From positions 1 through 40,800 of the forward strand of contig JAUCBJ010004953.1 of assembly GCA_032718475.1 (NCBI GenBank): DNA of 40,800 bases, written 5' to 3'. This document shows positions 1 through 11,573 of the stretch, piece after piece; position 1 is the stretch's first letter, and each line of letters opens with the position of its first letter. Both the position numbers and the translations under genes were made by a program. The notes beneath the pieces were generated by a model, which made no database searches, had not been told where the DNA came from, and saw only the letters and a list, made by a program, of their open reading frames with translations. This DNA comes from Nemertoderma westbladi. Its lineage: Eukaryota; Animalia; Xenacoelomorpha.

Positions 1-3000
1 ATGTAGGCCTAGCTAATATAGTTACAGTTACAGTTACTGAAGGCTAATGTTAAAGTTGAAGTTATTTGCCCTTGTCGAGTTGTAGGCCTAGCTAATACAG
101 TTACAGTAGGATAATGTTAAAGTGGAAGTTTTTTACCATATGTAGGCCTAGCTACTACAGTTACAGTAGGATAATGTTAAAGTGGAAGTTTATTTGCCCT
201 TTTAGAGTTGTAGGCCTAGCTAATATAGTTACAGTTACAGTATGCTAATGTTAAAGTGGAAGTTATGTGCCCTATGTAGGCCTAGCTAATTCAGTTACAG
301 TAGGCTAATGTTAAAGTTGAAGTTATTTACCCTATGTAGGCGTAGCTAATGCAGTTACAGTTACAAGGATAATGTTAAAAGTTGAAGTTATTTACCCCAT
401 GTAGGCCTAGCTAATATATTTACAGTTACAGTTGGCTAATGTTAAAGTGGAAGTTATTTACCCTTGTAGAGTTGTAGGCCTAGCTAATATAGTTACAGTT
501 ACAGTAGGTTAATGTTAAAGTTGAAGTTATTTACCCTTGTAGTTGTAGGCCTAGCTAATATAGTTGCAGTTTACAGTAGGTTTATGTTAAAGTTGAATTT
601 ATTTGCCATATGTAGGCCTAGCTACTACAGTTACAGTAGGCTAATGTTAAAGTTGAAGTTATTTACCCTTGTAGAGTTGTAGGCCTAGCTAATATAGTTA
701 CAGTAGGCTAATGTTAAAGTTGAAGTTATTTACCCTATGTAGGCCTAGCTAATACAGTTACAGTTTACAGTAGGCTAATGTTAAAGTTGAAGTTATTTAC
801 CCTTGTAGAGTTGTAGGCCTTGCTAATATAGTTGCAGTTTACAGTAGGCTAATGTTAAAGTGGAAGTTATTTACCCTATGTAGAGTTGTAGGCCTAGCTA
901 ATATAGTTACAGTAGGCTAATGTTAAAGTTGAAGTTATTTACCCTATGTAGGCCTAGCTAATACAGTTACAGTAGGCTAATGTTAAAGTGGAAGTTATTT
1001 AGCCTATGTAGGCCTAGCTAATACAGTTACAGTAGGGTAATGTTAAAGTTGAAGTTATTTACCCTATGTATAGGCCTAGCTAATATAGTTACAGTTACAG
1101 TAGGCTAATGTTAAAGTTGAAGTTATTTACCCTTGTAGAGTTGTAGGCCTAGCTAATACAGTTACAGTAGGCTAATGTTAAAGTTGAAGTTATTTACCCT
1201 TGTAGAGTTGTAGGCCTAGCTAATATAGTTACAGTAGGCTAATGTTAAAGTTGAAGTTATTTACCCTATGTAGGCCTAGCTAATACAGTTACAGTTTACA
1301 GTAGGCTAATGTTAAAGTTGAAGTTATTTACCCTTGTAGAGTTGTAGGCCTTGCTAATATAGTTGCAGTTTACAGTAGGCTAATGTTAAAGTGGAAGTTA
1401 TTTACCCTATGTAGAGTTGTAGGCCTAGCTAATATAGTTACAGTAGGCTAATGTTAAAGTTGAAGTTATTTACCCTATGTAGGCCTAGCTAATACAGTTA
1501 CAGTAGGCTAATGTTAAAGTGGAAGTTATTTAGCCTATGTAGGCCTAGCTAATACAGTTACAGTAGGGTAATGTTAAAGTTGAAGTTATTTACCCTATGT
1601 ATAGGCCTAGCTAATATAGTTACAGTTACAGTAGGCTAATGTTAAAGTTGAAGTTATTTACCCTTGTAGAGTTGTAGGCCTAGCTAATACAGTTACAGTA
1701 GGCTAATGTTAAAGTTGAAGTTATTTACCCTTGTAGAGTTGTAGGCCTAGCTAATATAGTTACAGTAGGCTAATGTTAAAGTTGAAGTTATTTACCCTAT
1801 GTAGGCCTAGCTAATACAGTTACAGTTTACAGTAGGCTAATGTTAAAGTTGAAGTTATTTACCCTTGTAGAGTTGTAGGCCTTGCTAATATAGTTGCAGT
1901 TTACAGTAGGCTAATGTTAAAGTGGAAGTTATTTACCCTATGTAGAGTTGTAGGCCTAGCTAATATAGTTACAGTAGGCTAATGTTAAAGTTGAAGTTAT
2001 TTACCCTATGTAGGCCTAGCTAATACAGTTACAGTAGGCTAATGTTAAAGTGGAAGTTATTTAGCCTATGTAGGCCTAGCCAATACAGTTACAGTAGGGT
2101 AATGTTAAAGTTGAAGTTATTTACCCTATGTATAGGCCTAGCTAATATAGTTACAGTTACAGTAGGCTAATGTTAAAGTTGAAGTTATTTACCCTTGTAG
2201 AGTTGTAGGCCTAGCTAATACAGTTACTGTAGGCTAATGTTAAAGTGGAAGTTATTTACCCTTGTAGAGTTGTAGGCCTAGCTAATACAGTTACTGTAGG
2301 CTAATGTTAAAGTGGAAGTTATTTAGCCTATGTAGGCCTAGCTAATACAGTTACAGTAGGGTAATGTTAAAGTTGAAGTTATTTACCCTATGTATAGGCC
2401 TAGCTAATATAGTTACAGTTACAGTAGGCTAATGTTAAAGTTGAAGTTATTTACCCTATGTATAGGCCTAGCTAATATAGTTACAGTTAAAATGTTAAAG
2501 TACAAGTTATTTGCCCTATGTAGTAGGCCTAGTTAATACAGTTATAGTTACAGTAGGCTAATGTTAAAGTGGAAGTTATTTGCCCTATGTAGGCCTAGCT
2601 AATACTGTGACGGGATCCGAGTTGGCGAGGATCCCGACCGGTGTGTGCATATTTGAGTCGTATGGAGAATACACATCGCCGCGTCTTCTAGGCTACTTAA
2701 AGGCTATGGTTGCAACTGAAAGGCCGAAGGAAGTTAATATAACTGAGTTTATAGTTATTGCTGTTCGTAATATCTGATAGGCACAGTCAGTTTAAAATAA
2801 CAATAGCATAGCAATAATATTGACAGCCACGATGACGGTTAAAAACCGTCTGACTTCTACACTCAATGTAGCCAACTGAAGCACAATTAACAGAGTAACG
2901 GTTATATATATTACATGGGATACACACACATTCCTACCTAGGTTTGGCCTACCAGTGAATGCGCGATAATTGATGGTGAGCCGCCCTATCATTGGTTGCT

Positions 3001-3570
3001 CTATTCTCTGGCCAATCCCATTTTCCCCTGGCCCTATGCTAGCTTCCCCCTGAGATGGGCTAATGTGCTTGCATCTCTCTCTCTAGCTGGCAATTATTGC
3101 CTTGGTGTCTTAGGTATGCGATATTATATTGGTAATATCGCATATCCAATTATGATTGGTAAATCATACCTTTCCCTATTTTCCACTGGGTGGTGCAGCG
3201 AATTGGATCCGCTAACAAATACAGTTACACTAGACTAATGTTAAAGTTGAAGTTATTTGCCTTATGTAGTAGGCCTAGCTACTACAGTTACAGTTACAGT
3301 AGGATAATGTTAAAGTGGAAGTTATTTGCCCTATGTAGTAGGCCTAGCTAATACAGTTACAGTTACAGTTACAGTAGGATAATGTTAAAGTGGAAGTTAT
3401 TTGCCCTATGTAGGTCTAGCTAATACAGTTACAGTAGACTAAAGTTAAAGTTGATGTTATTTGCCCTATGTAGTAGGCCTAGCTAATACAGTTACAGTTA
3501 CAGTTGGCTATTATTGTTAAAGTTAAAGTTATTTGCCCTATGTAAACCTAGCTAATAGAGTTACAGTTTA
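1..3570. repeat. ~60-bp satellite (variants 60-75 bp), interrupted by a solo LTR at 2606-3217
   Basis: Unit tgtaggcctagctaatacagttacagtaggctaatgttaaagttgaagttatttacccta repeats from the window start. Variants add gttaca or tgtagagt. Diagnostic variants recur every 531 bp (821/1352/1883; 1001/1532/2063). Confidence 0.97.
2606..3217. mobile_element. Solo LTR (612 bp) inserted in the satellite
   Basis: Starts TG and ends CA, with imperfect terminal inverted repeats (TGTGACGGGATCC / GGATCCGCTAACA). Flanked by the 5-bp duplication AATAC (2601-2605, 3218-3222); the satellite unit resumes in register. Confidence 0.85.
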
Positions 3571-3679
3571 CATTTCATCCTTAACTATTTTTGTTAAATA
3601 TTTTGTTACATTATCTTCCTTTTCAACTGGGTATATTAGACGTTTTTATTGTATTTTTCATTCGGAAATTCATTTGGAA

Positions 3680-3784
3680 ATGGAACGAGAACAAAATGAC
3701 GAGAGAAAAAGAGTTATCAGCGATATGAGTAAACTGATTCAGAAGATGTCAGTTGATGTCTCAGAAGATGAAACTATTTCCCCG
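3680..3784 (+). CDS. Candidate first coding exon (MEREQNDERKRVISDMSKLIQKMSVDVSEDETISP), possibly of the ANKS1-like gene
   Basis: ATG at 3680, 35 coding-like codons in AT-rich context, then a consensus donor CCG|GTAAGT at 3785. Phase 0 is compatible with the downstream exons; the linkage is inferred. Confidence 0.5.
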
Positions 3785-3940
3785 GTAAGTATTATTAGTA
3801 ATTCTCAATTGTCGTACTGTAGACGTATCATCTATTTACATGCTTTTGCGATATTATAAGTTTCAGGTTGTTTTATTTTAAAGAACTCTAGAATTGTAAA
3901 GTCTACATTACTTCACTATCATATGTACAGCTGCAATGCG

Positions 3941-4429
3941 ATATGTTGTCTCCCTGAATTGAATTATAATGTGCTACCTCTTAAAATAACTCGATGTACC
4001 TGTTTGTGGTTATTTATATATGTTGTCTCCTTGAATTGAATTATAATGTGCTACCTCTTAAAATAACTCGATGTACCTGTTTGTGGTTATTTATATATGT
4101 TGTCTCCTTGAATTGAATTATAATGTGCTACCTCTTAAAATAACTCGATGTACCTGTTAGTGGTTATTTATATATGTTGACTCCTTGAATCGAATTATAA
4201 TGTGCTACCTCTTAAAATAACTCGATGTAACTGTTAGTGGTTATTTATATATGTTGACTCCTTGAATCGAATTATAATGTGCTACCTCTTAAAATAACTC
4301 GATGTACCTGTTAGTGGTTATTTATATATGTTGTCTCCTTGAATCGAATTATAATGTGCTACCTCTTAAAATAACTCGATGTAACTGTTAGTGGTTATTT
4401 ATATATGTTGTCTCCTTGAATTGAATTAT
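3941..4429. repeat. 77-bp minisatellite, ~6.3 copies
   Basis: Unit atatgttgtctccttgaattgaattataatgtgctacctcttaaaataactcgatgtacctgtttgtggttatttat; period 77 (3944, 4021, 4098...). Confidence 0.95.
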
Positions 4430-4747
4430 AGATTTATTTATACATTATGTAAAAACAATAACAAATACACCAAACAATGTACCGGTATAAAGGTATTGTC
4501 CAACATAACATATAGGATTACCCCTAAAGCTTTGCAGCTTATTTCAAAGGGGGTCCTTTATGTTACTTGGTTACAAATACAATATTACACTACGCTAACC
4601 TAAAACCAATATAAAACGTAATTACACTATGTACATGTACAACTTTAACGAGAGCGTGACAATGTCCGACTCAACGATAAAGATGTAATGTACAGAACAA
4701 TTTATTATAAAACGTAATTACAGTATAAATAGTAAATAATTAATAAA

Positions 4748-7663
4748 CTAATAACTTACTGTAGGACTATTGTACCTATTTTTACATTGCACACGGAGAT
4801 GAGATTTAACTGCAGATTTAAAAGAATGTTGATTATTTAGGTTTTTAATTTCATTAGGCAGAGCGTTCCAATTTTTAATGCCGTTAAAAAAGAAAGTATC
4901 AGACTCGAAGGATTTACAATTCGGGAGGTAGAAGTTTGAAGCACTAGCTCTGGTACTGTAAGAGTGTGTATCGCGTACTCTGTTGAATTTTTGTTTTAGG
5001 TAATTGGGACATTTACCATTATACACTTTATGCACATGGTTAAGGCGTAGCTGCTTAACTCTACTATCTAAGTTAAGTAGTCCAGATTCAGTAAAGTCAT
5101 CTGGAGTTAGGTGGTGCCTAGGTTTGTAGTCTTTAATAAATCGTACTACTTTATTCTGAGCTACTTGTAATTTACATTTAAGCTGTTTGGTTAAGCCTTC
5201 ATACCAAGAAGAGCATGCATAGTCCATGTGACACTGTATTAAAGAAGAGCAAAGTAACTTGCGGGAGTCGGTGTTCAAACTATTTTTATTTCTGTATAGA
5301 AACCTAAGCCTACTGTTAACTTTCGAGAAAATATTTTTCACTGTACTTTCTCCTGATAAGCAGTTATCCAATGTGGCGCCTAAATATTTAACTTCCTTTT
5401 TATTTTCAATCTTATGTCCATTACTAGTGACTTCAAACTTAGTTACCTTCTTTAACTTTCTTTTGGAACCAAACAAAATACTTTCAGTCTTACCGTAGTG
5501 AATGGATAGCTTATTATCAACCAACCACTCATTACAGGATTCTAGAACTGCACTTAACTTTTGGGAAATATGGATAGGATCTTTATGAGAGAAAATAAGA
5601 GCACTGTCGTCGGCATATAAAATGAGTTTAAAATCGGGATCTATACTACTTATCATATCATTTACATAGCATACAAAAAGCAGAGGACCTAATATACTAC
5701 CTTGCGGTACACCACAGGTAATCTCTTGTACAGTAGACAGCGATTTGCTAATGACTACAGTTTGACCTCTGTCTGACAGGTAGGACTTGAAACAGTCTAT
5801 AGAACCTACACCCATCAGGCCTAACTTACCAAGCAGAATTTCGTGATCTACAGTATCGAAAGCCTTTTGTAGGTCCAACATTACCATACCAGTATATAAA
5901 CCCTTTGCGTTATTACATCTAATTGTATCTGTTAAGTTAATAAGGCAGGTGTCTGTAGAATATGATTTACGAAAACCGGACTGAAGTTCATAGATCAGAT
6001 TTAGCCTACTAAGATGTGCCTCCAGCTGTAGAAAAACAGAACGTTCTAGAATTTTAGATACAATACTTAAGATACTAACAGGTCTGTAATTACAGGCTTC
6101 TACTTTACTATACAGACTATACAGAGGAACAACCTTAGCTAATTTCAGTTCGTCTGGTACTACATTATCTACGATAGAGTAATTAATAATAAAAGTAATA
6201 GGCACTTTAAGTACTTCAGCACCATCCTTAAGAAAACGGGCAGGTATTAGATCTAGACCGGTACTTTTTGAGGCTGATAGGCTAAGTAGATTTTTAAAAA
6301 CGAAATCCTCAGAAACGGGTTTTAAAAATAACTTTTCTGAATTTTGTAACTTTTCTAAATAAAAATTATTTAGAGTTTCGGACCCTATACTATATTTATT
6401 ACTTGATAACGGTAACTTCTTAACTAAATTAGAGGCAACATTAGTAAAATAATTATTAAATAAATTACTAACTAGAGTATGATCATGAATCAGCTCACCG
6501 TTATCTTGCAGAACAATATTCGATTTAGATTTAAGGTTTTTATAACCTAAAGATTTTAGGGTAGACCATAGACTTTTAGGATTATCTTTATTCTCACTTA
6601 TTTTGTTGTACAAATATTCAGATTTAGCTTTTTTTATTTCCCGTTGGACAAGGTTTCTATATTTGCAGTAATTATTATAATCAGCTAAAACACGGTATTT
6701 CCTAAATTTATACAAATAGTTATCTCTTTCTCTGATATTACTAAGAATACCCGAGGTCATCCAGGGCTCAGTGCGTTGTTTAAGACTATTTTCTTTAATT
6801 GGTGCTACAGTATTAAGTGCCTTTAGAAATATATCTTTAAAAACAGTGTAGGCAAGGTTAATGCCAGCGGCCTTAAAACAGGGTTCCCAGTCAGAATTAA
6901 CTAACAAACTTAAAAAGCGTTCCTTGCTGTAATTTTTCATAGACCTAACTGTTACTGTTTTATGATCCCCGAAAAAAGATTTTTGTGTCTTTCTTGTGCA
7001 AAAAACTATAAAATGATCGCTTAGACCTATAGGTAAAACCCCAGATTGAGAAATAATATCGGTATTATTACAAAGGATGTGATCTAGTAAAGTAGAAGTT
7101 TTACTGGTAATTCTGGTAGAATCTCGAATAATTTGTTTTAAACCAAACAAATTTAAAATACTTTGGAACTGTTTACAGATGGGGGATGGTTTGTGATGGT
7201 AACAGATATTAAAATCACCTAAGAAATATATTTCACAGTCTGACCTAAGATTACATAAAATTGTATTTTCAAAATTTTGCAAAAAATCTGATTGTTTAGG
7301 GGGCCGGTATAAAGTACCGATTAAAATAGGTTTAGTTTTAGGAAGTAAAAGTTCCACCAGTAAAACTTCGTCACAAGTCTCTAAATCTTCCCTACGATTA
7401 AAAGCTAAATCACATCGAATGTAAGTACAGACACCACCACCGTGTCTGTCCCTATCCTTACATAAAACTCCGTAATTATCAATATAAATTTCTCCATCAG
7501 AAACGCTATCATCGAGCCAAGTTTCAGAGATTGTTAAAACTGCTGGGTTGGATTTATTGATTAAAATACGAATTTCGGAAAGTTTGGGAAGCAGAGATCG
7601 TGCATTTAAATGCAAAAAAACCTTTTTTCTTAAAAAATTTAAAAGTTTCACTCTCAGCATCAC
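4748..7663 (-). CDS. LINE ORF2: AP endonuclease plus reverse transcriptase (971 aa)
   Basis: APE motifs HLNARSL, ISETWL, YRPP, GDFN, LDHI, SDH. RT motifs NYRPVS, QSGFR, LDLQKAFDTV, GVPQGSILGP, YADD, KYLG. Confidence 0.93.
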   Translation of the reverse strand: MMLRVKLLNFLRKKVFLHLNARSLLPKLSEIRILINKSNPAVLTISETWLDDSVSDGEIYIDNYGVLCKDRDRHGGGVCTYIRCDLAFNRREDLETCDEVLLVELLLPKTKPILIGTLYRPPKQSDFLQNFENTILCNLRSDCEIYFLGDFNICYHHKPSPICKQFQSILNLFGLKQIIRDSTRITSKTSTLLDHILCNNTDIISQSGVLPIGLSDHFIVFCTRKTQKSFFGDHKTVTVRSMKNYSKERFLSLLVNSDWEPCFKAAGINLAYTVFKDIFLKALNTVAPIKENSLKQRTEPWMTSGILSNIRERDNYLYKFRKYRVLADYNNYCKYRNLVQREIKKAKSEYLYNKISENKDNPKSLWSTLKSLGYKNLKSKSNIVLQDNGELIHDHTLVSNLFNNYFTNVASNLVKKLPLSSNKYSIGSETLNNFYLEKLQNSEKLFLKPVSEDFVFKNLLSLSASKSTGLDLIPARFLKDGAEVLKVPITFIINYSIVDNVVPDELKLAKVVPLYSLYSKVEACNYRPVSILSIVSKILERSVFLQLEAHLSRLNLIYELQSGFRKSYSTDTCLINLTDTIRCNNAKGLYTGMVMLDLQKAFDTVDHEILLGKLGLMGVGSIDCFKSYLSDRGQTVVISKSLSTVQEITCGVPQGSILGPLLFVCYVNDMISSIDPDFKLILYADDSALIFSHKDPIHISQKLSAVLESCNEWLVDNKLSIHYGKTESILFGSKRKLKKVTKFEVTSNGHKIENKKEVKYLGATLDNCLSGESTVKNIFSKVNSRLRFLYRNKNSLNTDSRKLLCSSLIQCHMDYACSSWYEGLTKQLKCKLQVAQNKVVRFIKDYKPRHHLTPDDFTESGLLNLDSRVKQLRLNHVHKVYNGKCPNYLKQKFNRVRDTHSYSTRASASNFYLPNCKSFESDTFFFNGIKNWNALPNEIKNLNNQHSFKSAVKSHLRVQCKNRYNSPTVSY

Positions 7664-7859
7664 TTGGAGTTTGCAGAGGCGATGTAAGGAATGAATCGTC
7701 GGTTTCTGATTCTAAAATAGTATCATGAAAGGGAAGTTCGGTAAAAATACAGCTATTGCAGAGAAAACTTGGCTCAAGATTGTTTCTGGTGGAGAATAAA
7801 TTACTGCTTTTCCTACGGTAACATTTTAAATGTACAAATGTGTCACAGATAGATGTCAC
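7554..7859 (-). pseudogene. Frameshifted N-terminus of LINE ORF2 with a partial PHD-like finger
   Basis: ICDTFVHLKC...FLCNSC...LPF...KKKG reads in a different frame from FLHLNARSL; the switch falls at the A7 run at 7614-7620. Confidence 0.7.
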
Positions 7860-9408
7860 AGAGAGTAGCGTAGAGATAGAACAACATTACCTACATTTTT
7901 GCCTGTTTTGCTGATATATGTTTGTTATATATGTTGCATAAGTCATGTTTTGTATTGTTGTAATATGTATGTTGTATTTTCATTGATTAATATAAAATTT
8001 GGAATTGATAATTGTATAAGATATACTCACTATGTTTTGTACGCCAATAACCATCGCACCCCGGGTAAGTACAAAACCAACACCCAATTATAAAGACCTG
8101 CATAATCTTGTAACATGTTAACATTCGTTTATTGTTTTGGTTCCACCAACACGCCTCTGTAACCTGTTCATTTACTTAACCTGCTCCTGTTCTGACATTC
8201 GTGACTTTATTTGCACTCGCTCATTTTGTTCGATCATTTGGCCCCGCAAATCTGTCCGCAAATTAAAATTACATTTATGTAGGCGCTAACAAATATTTGC
8301 AGTGATTGCAAAAGGCCATCTCCCCCCCCCCCCCCACCCCCTCAATATCATTACAATTTCTAAAGTTAGTTAATAGTTGCAATGCAGCATGCCGATAGTA
8401 GTAGTCTCTATTCTCTATTCGCACCCCCCCACCCCCCTTCCAGCTTTGAAATTGGATATTTCAGAAGGAAAGGAATATTATTATTAATAAAGAAAGATTT
8501 AATTTATTTCATATTATTCATCTTATACTCATCATTTTTTAATTAAGATAAACTGGTTGAATATGGCATTCGCTCAGGATGGACCCCCCACCCACCCCTC
8601 ACCCCCCACACACAGACACCCCATCCCTTATAAAGTAAAAATAGAAATTAATTATTAATAGTACATACTGTATTTATTAACTGTATTATAAGCATTTATA
8701 AACACGGCGGCACTTAAGTCCAATGACTTACGAATTATATAGGAAACACTAACTTTAGAATTTCATTCATTGATAAACTATAGTGTGCCAATGTTTTTCC
8801 AAGTAAGTACATATCGTGGGGCGGGTGGTAAAACGTCCTAAGTCTAAAAAGGTTGTTCTGAGAAAACACGTTTTTTGTTTAATATTTTAACAAAAAAAAA
8901 TGCACATTTACACTGTCTTATTTCTCTTTCTAACTTTAAAAGGGTGTTGAATCGTTTTCTGATACCAGAAATACAGATAAACAGCCTCCTTGTAGGGCTT
9001 TTTGACAAATTTGCAACATAGGACGTTTTACCAATTTATATTTTAATGCGACATAGGACATTATATAACCAATCTTTTTTATGTTTATAACGTAGGACGT
9101 TTTACCAACTTAAATATTTATGCGACATAGGACATTTTACTAACTTTTTTCCAAGAAGTTTCGCAATGCCCCCCCCCCCCCCCCCTCCGAATTATTAGGA
9201 GTAATATACAATTATACAAACATATGTTTTGTTATTGTTTAATATTTATTGTTATTTTTCAATAGTTGTATTGTTTATAACAAAATTATCTAAAGATAAA
9301 CCAACATAAAGTTTAATCACTTTCAATTTCGTCATTTCCCGCAACTATGATATCTTCATTCACGAATTGAGATTCCGACAGTATTTCGTAATATGCCCCG
9401 TTTGTTTA

Positions 9409-10516
9409 TTATATAAGACCTTGTTGGTAAATATCAAGTAAATCTTTGTTTTTCTTTAGACTAATCTTATGGGGCCATAATCCAGTGAAAGCGAGAGACA
9501 GAGATGGGAGATTCTTACCTGCTGCATAAACTTCTTTACCTGTAGCTTTTCCTTTAAAATTTTGCTTTTTCCCCTTTCCTTTACTACGTAGATTGCATCC
9601 GTCTCCAACTTTAGTTTCAACTTTTGGTTTAATTTCAACAACTTTATATGGTTCATCCTCACTAAAGCTGTATTTAAACTGAATGATGTTAGTATTTGTT
9701 TTCTGAAACCTCATCCATTTGACCTTAAGCCAGTTAACAAACTGTTTTTTTCTGTTTTTTACAGCTCCGTTTATTGATCATTTTACCAATTTGGTCACCG
9801 ACCTGTTCACCATTACATTCACCAATACATCCACCCCTTTCTTCAACGACCTGTTCACCACTCCGTCCACCAATAGATCCACCCCTTTGTTCAACGACCT
9901 GTTCACCACTCCGTCCACCAATAAGTCTACCCTTTTCTTCACCGACCTGTTCACCACTCCGTCCACCAATACATCCACCCCTTTGTTCAACGACCTGTTC
10001 ACAACTCCGTCCACCAATAAGTCTACCCTTTTCTTCACCGACCTGTTCACCACTCCGTCCACCAATACATCCACCCCTTTGTTCAACGACCTGTTCACCA
10101 CTCCGTCCACCAATACATCCACCCCTTTCTTCAACGACCTGTTCACCACTACATTCACCTATTTGTTCACACCTTCGTTCACCATTCACCTGTCCACCAC
10201 TCCCTACACCAACCTCTACACTGATCTGTTTTTCGACTGTATCATTGACACTAATGTCACTTATTACACGACGGTTAACAATAAGAACCTTACATAGTTT
10301 CTTGAAATCGTAGATATCACTTTGTTTTAACCAAGTGATCTTATATGGATTATTTCGCCTCGCTCCCAGAATTATAGTTGTCCAATCATTAGGAACTTCT
10401 ACTACCTGATTAGATTTAGCATACTCTATTGCGGAGTGCATGCTGTCCCCTTCCATATAGCTATGTCCACTTTCGATTTTTATCTTTGAATTAGTTCTGT
10501 CTAGAATACTAAACAT
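9409..10516 (-). pseudogene. C-terminal DDE transposase remnant with frameshift and internal minisatellite
   Basis: SGHSYMEGDSMHSAIE...PNDW...AR..NPY..L.Q.DI.DFK, then after a frameshift near 9735 VNWLKVKWMRFQK...FKYS. The N-terminal catalytic portion is missing. Confidence 0.78.
9797..10200. repeat. 48-bp minisatellite (~8 copies) inside the transposase
   Basis: Unit gacctgttcaccactccgtccaccaatacatccacccctttgttcaac; gives GEQVVEQRGGCIGGRS repeats in the transposase frame. Confidence 0.93.
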
Positions 10517-10890
10517 TGCGACATTTTGGTCTTTCTGGAATCACTAAATGCCATTCAGCAACAAATACTAACTATTAATAGTAATGGAACTCCTGTCTTG
10601 ACTGACCTTTAACGTGACAAGACGTCCTATGTTTCACTTTTAATTTGTTATTTGTAATCGTTTTTTCGACTTAGGACAACTTACCACCTTAAGTATAAAG
10701 TTAGGACGTTTTACCATCCGTAGCCTTAACTTAGGACAACTGAAAATTTGCAAATAACTCCGTTAAACTGTTATTTTATCACTAATCCTTTGGTAGAAAG
10801 GAGGGAAATTCAATTTTATATCCGATTCACTCAAAACATGAATTTTGAGAAAATTTGACTTAGGACGTTTTACCACCCGCCCCACGATAT

Positions 10891-11474
10891 ATTCCATTGA
10901 ATTCAGAACAGCCATAAATCTCTAAAATGCATGAAATAAATTGTCAAAAGCAATTTTATCTATTGAAAGTATTTTCAAAATTTAGTGCTAGCACCAAAAT
11001 TAGCACACAGCACCGAAAAGTACAAGTTTAATACGCTTGGTGCAACTCGTATATATTTCATCGAAACCAGAACTCCAAAAATCCCCAATTGCGTAAAAAA
11101 CAAGTTCATTTCAAAATTTGGTGCTGGCACCAAAATTTGGCACCCGCCGAAAAAAACAAGTTTGAAATTTCTAAATCAATTTATATGAATTCCATCCAAT
11201 TGCTAACACCAAAAAACCGGTGTAAATAAGTGTCAAATAAGTGTCAAACCGGTGTCAAAACAAGTGCCAAAAGTAGGTTTAAAAAATGGTGCAATAACTC
11301 GAAAACTACCCAATATTTTTGAAAACGGTTTTCACTACTAGGAAGACAATAGATTTTTTAGGAAAAGTCATAAAATTTCAGATTCCCAACTGCGTTTGTT
11401 TCAGAATTATAATAAAAAAACCACGGGGGGGGGAGGTCATATTGACCCCCCCCCCCCGGGTTTAATAGGGTTAA
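10891..11474. mobile_element. piggyBac-like non-autonomous element end
   Basis: Ends in a G-run ggtcatattgacc C-run palindrome then ...AATAGGG|TTAA (11471-11474). The partner end was not found. Confidence 0.55.
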
Positions 11475-11573
11475 TAATACGCATCATATCTTGATACTAC
11501 TACTACTACTACTAGTTTAATAGGGTTAATAATACGCATCATATCTTGATACTACTACTACTACTACTACTAG
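11461..11573. repeat. 55/58-bp tandem duplication including a (TAC)n tract
   Basis: tttaatagggttaataatacgcatcatatcttga(tac)n tag occurs at 11461-11515 and 11516-11573. Confidence 0.92.

Larger units (their letters stand above)
4430..7880 (-). mobile_element. Non-LTR retrotransposon of the L2/CR1 group, 5'-truncated, near-intact ORF2
   Basis: Contains the APE+RT ORF and an upstream PHD-like Cys/His segment. A 3' UTR of ~320 bp ends with minus-strand AATAAA near 4433-4440. Boundaries are approximate. Confidence 0.9.
8815..10886 (-). mobile_element. Sola1-like DNA transposon, internally deleted
   Basis: Perfect 30-bp TIRs cgtggggcgggtggtaaaacgtcctaagtc (8815-8844; 10857-10886), ATAT on both flanks (fits a 4-bp AWWT target duplication), subterminal taggacgttttacca repeats and a transposase C-terminal remnant. 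The element is clear; the superfamily is from recalled motifs. Confidence 0.82.

Noticed and set aside
8021-8097. Possible small exon (plus-strand donor ccgg|gtaagt at 8065; minus-strand GTGAGT at 8025-8030)
   Set aside because: Phase 0 reading hits a stop, other phases do not fit neighbouring exons, and no homology is recognisable.
9719-10313. Thr/Pro-rich mucin-like ORFs on the + strand
   Set aside because: They are antisense readings of the 48-bp minisatellite within the transposase.
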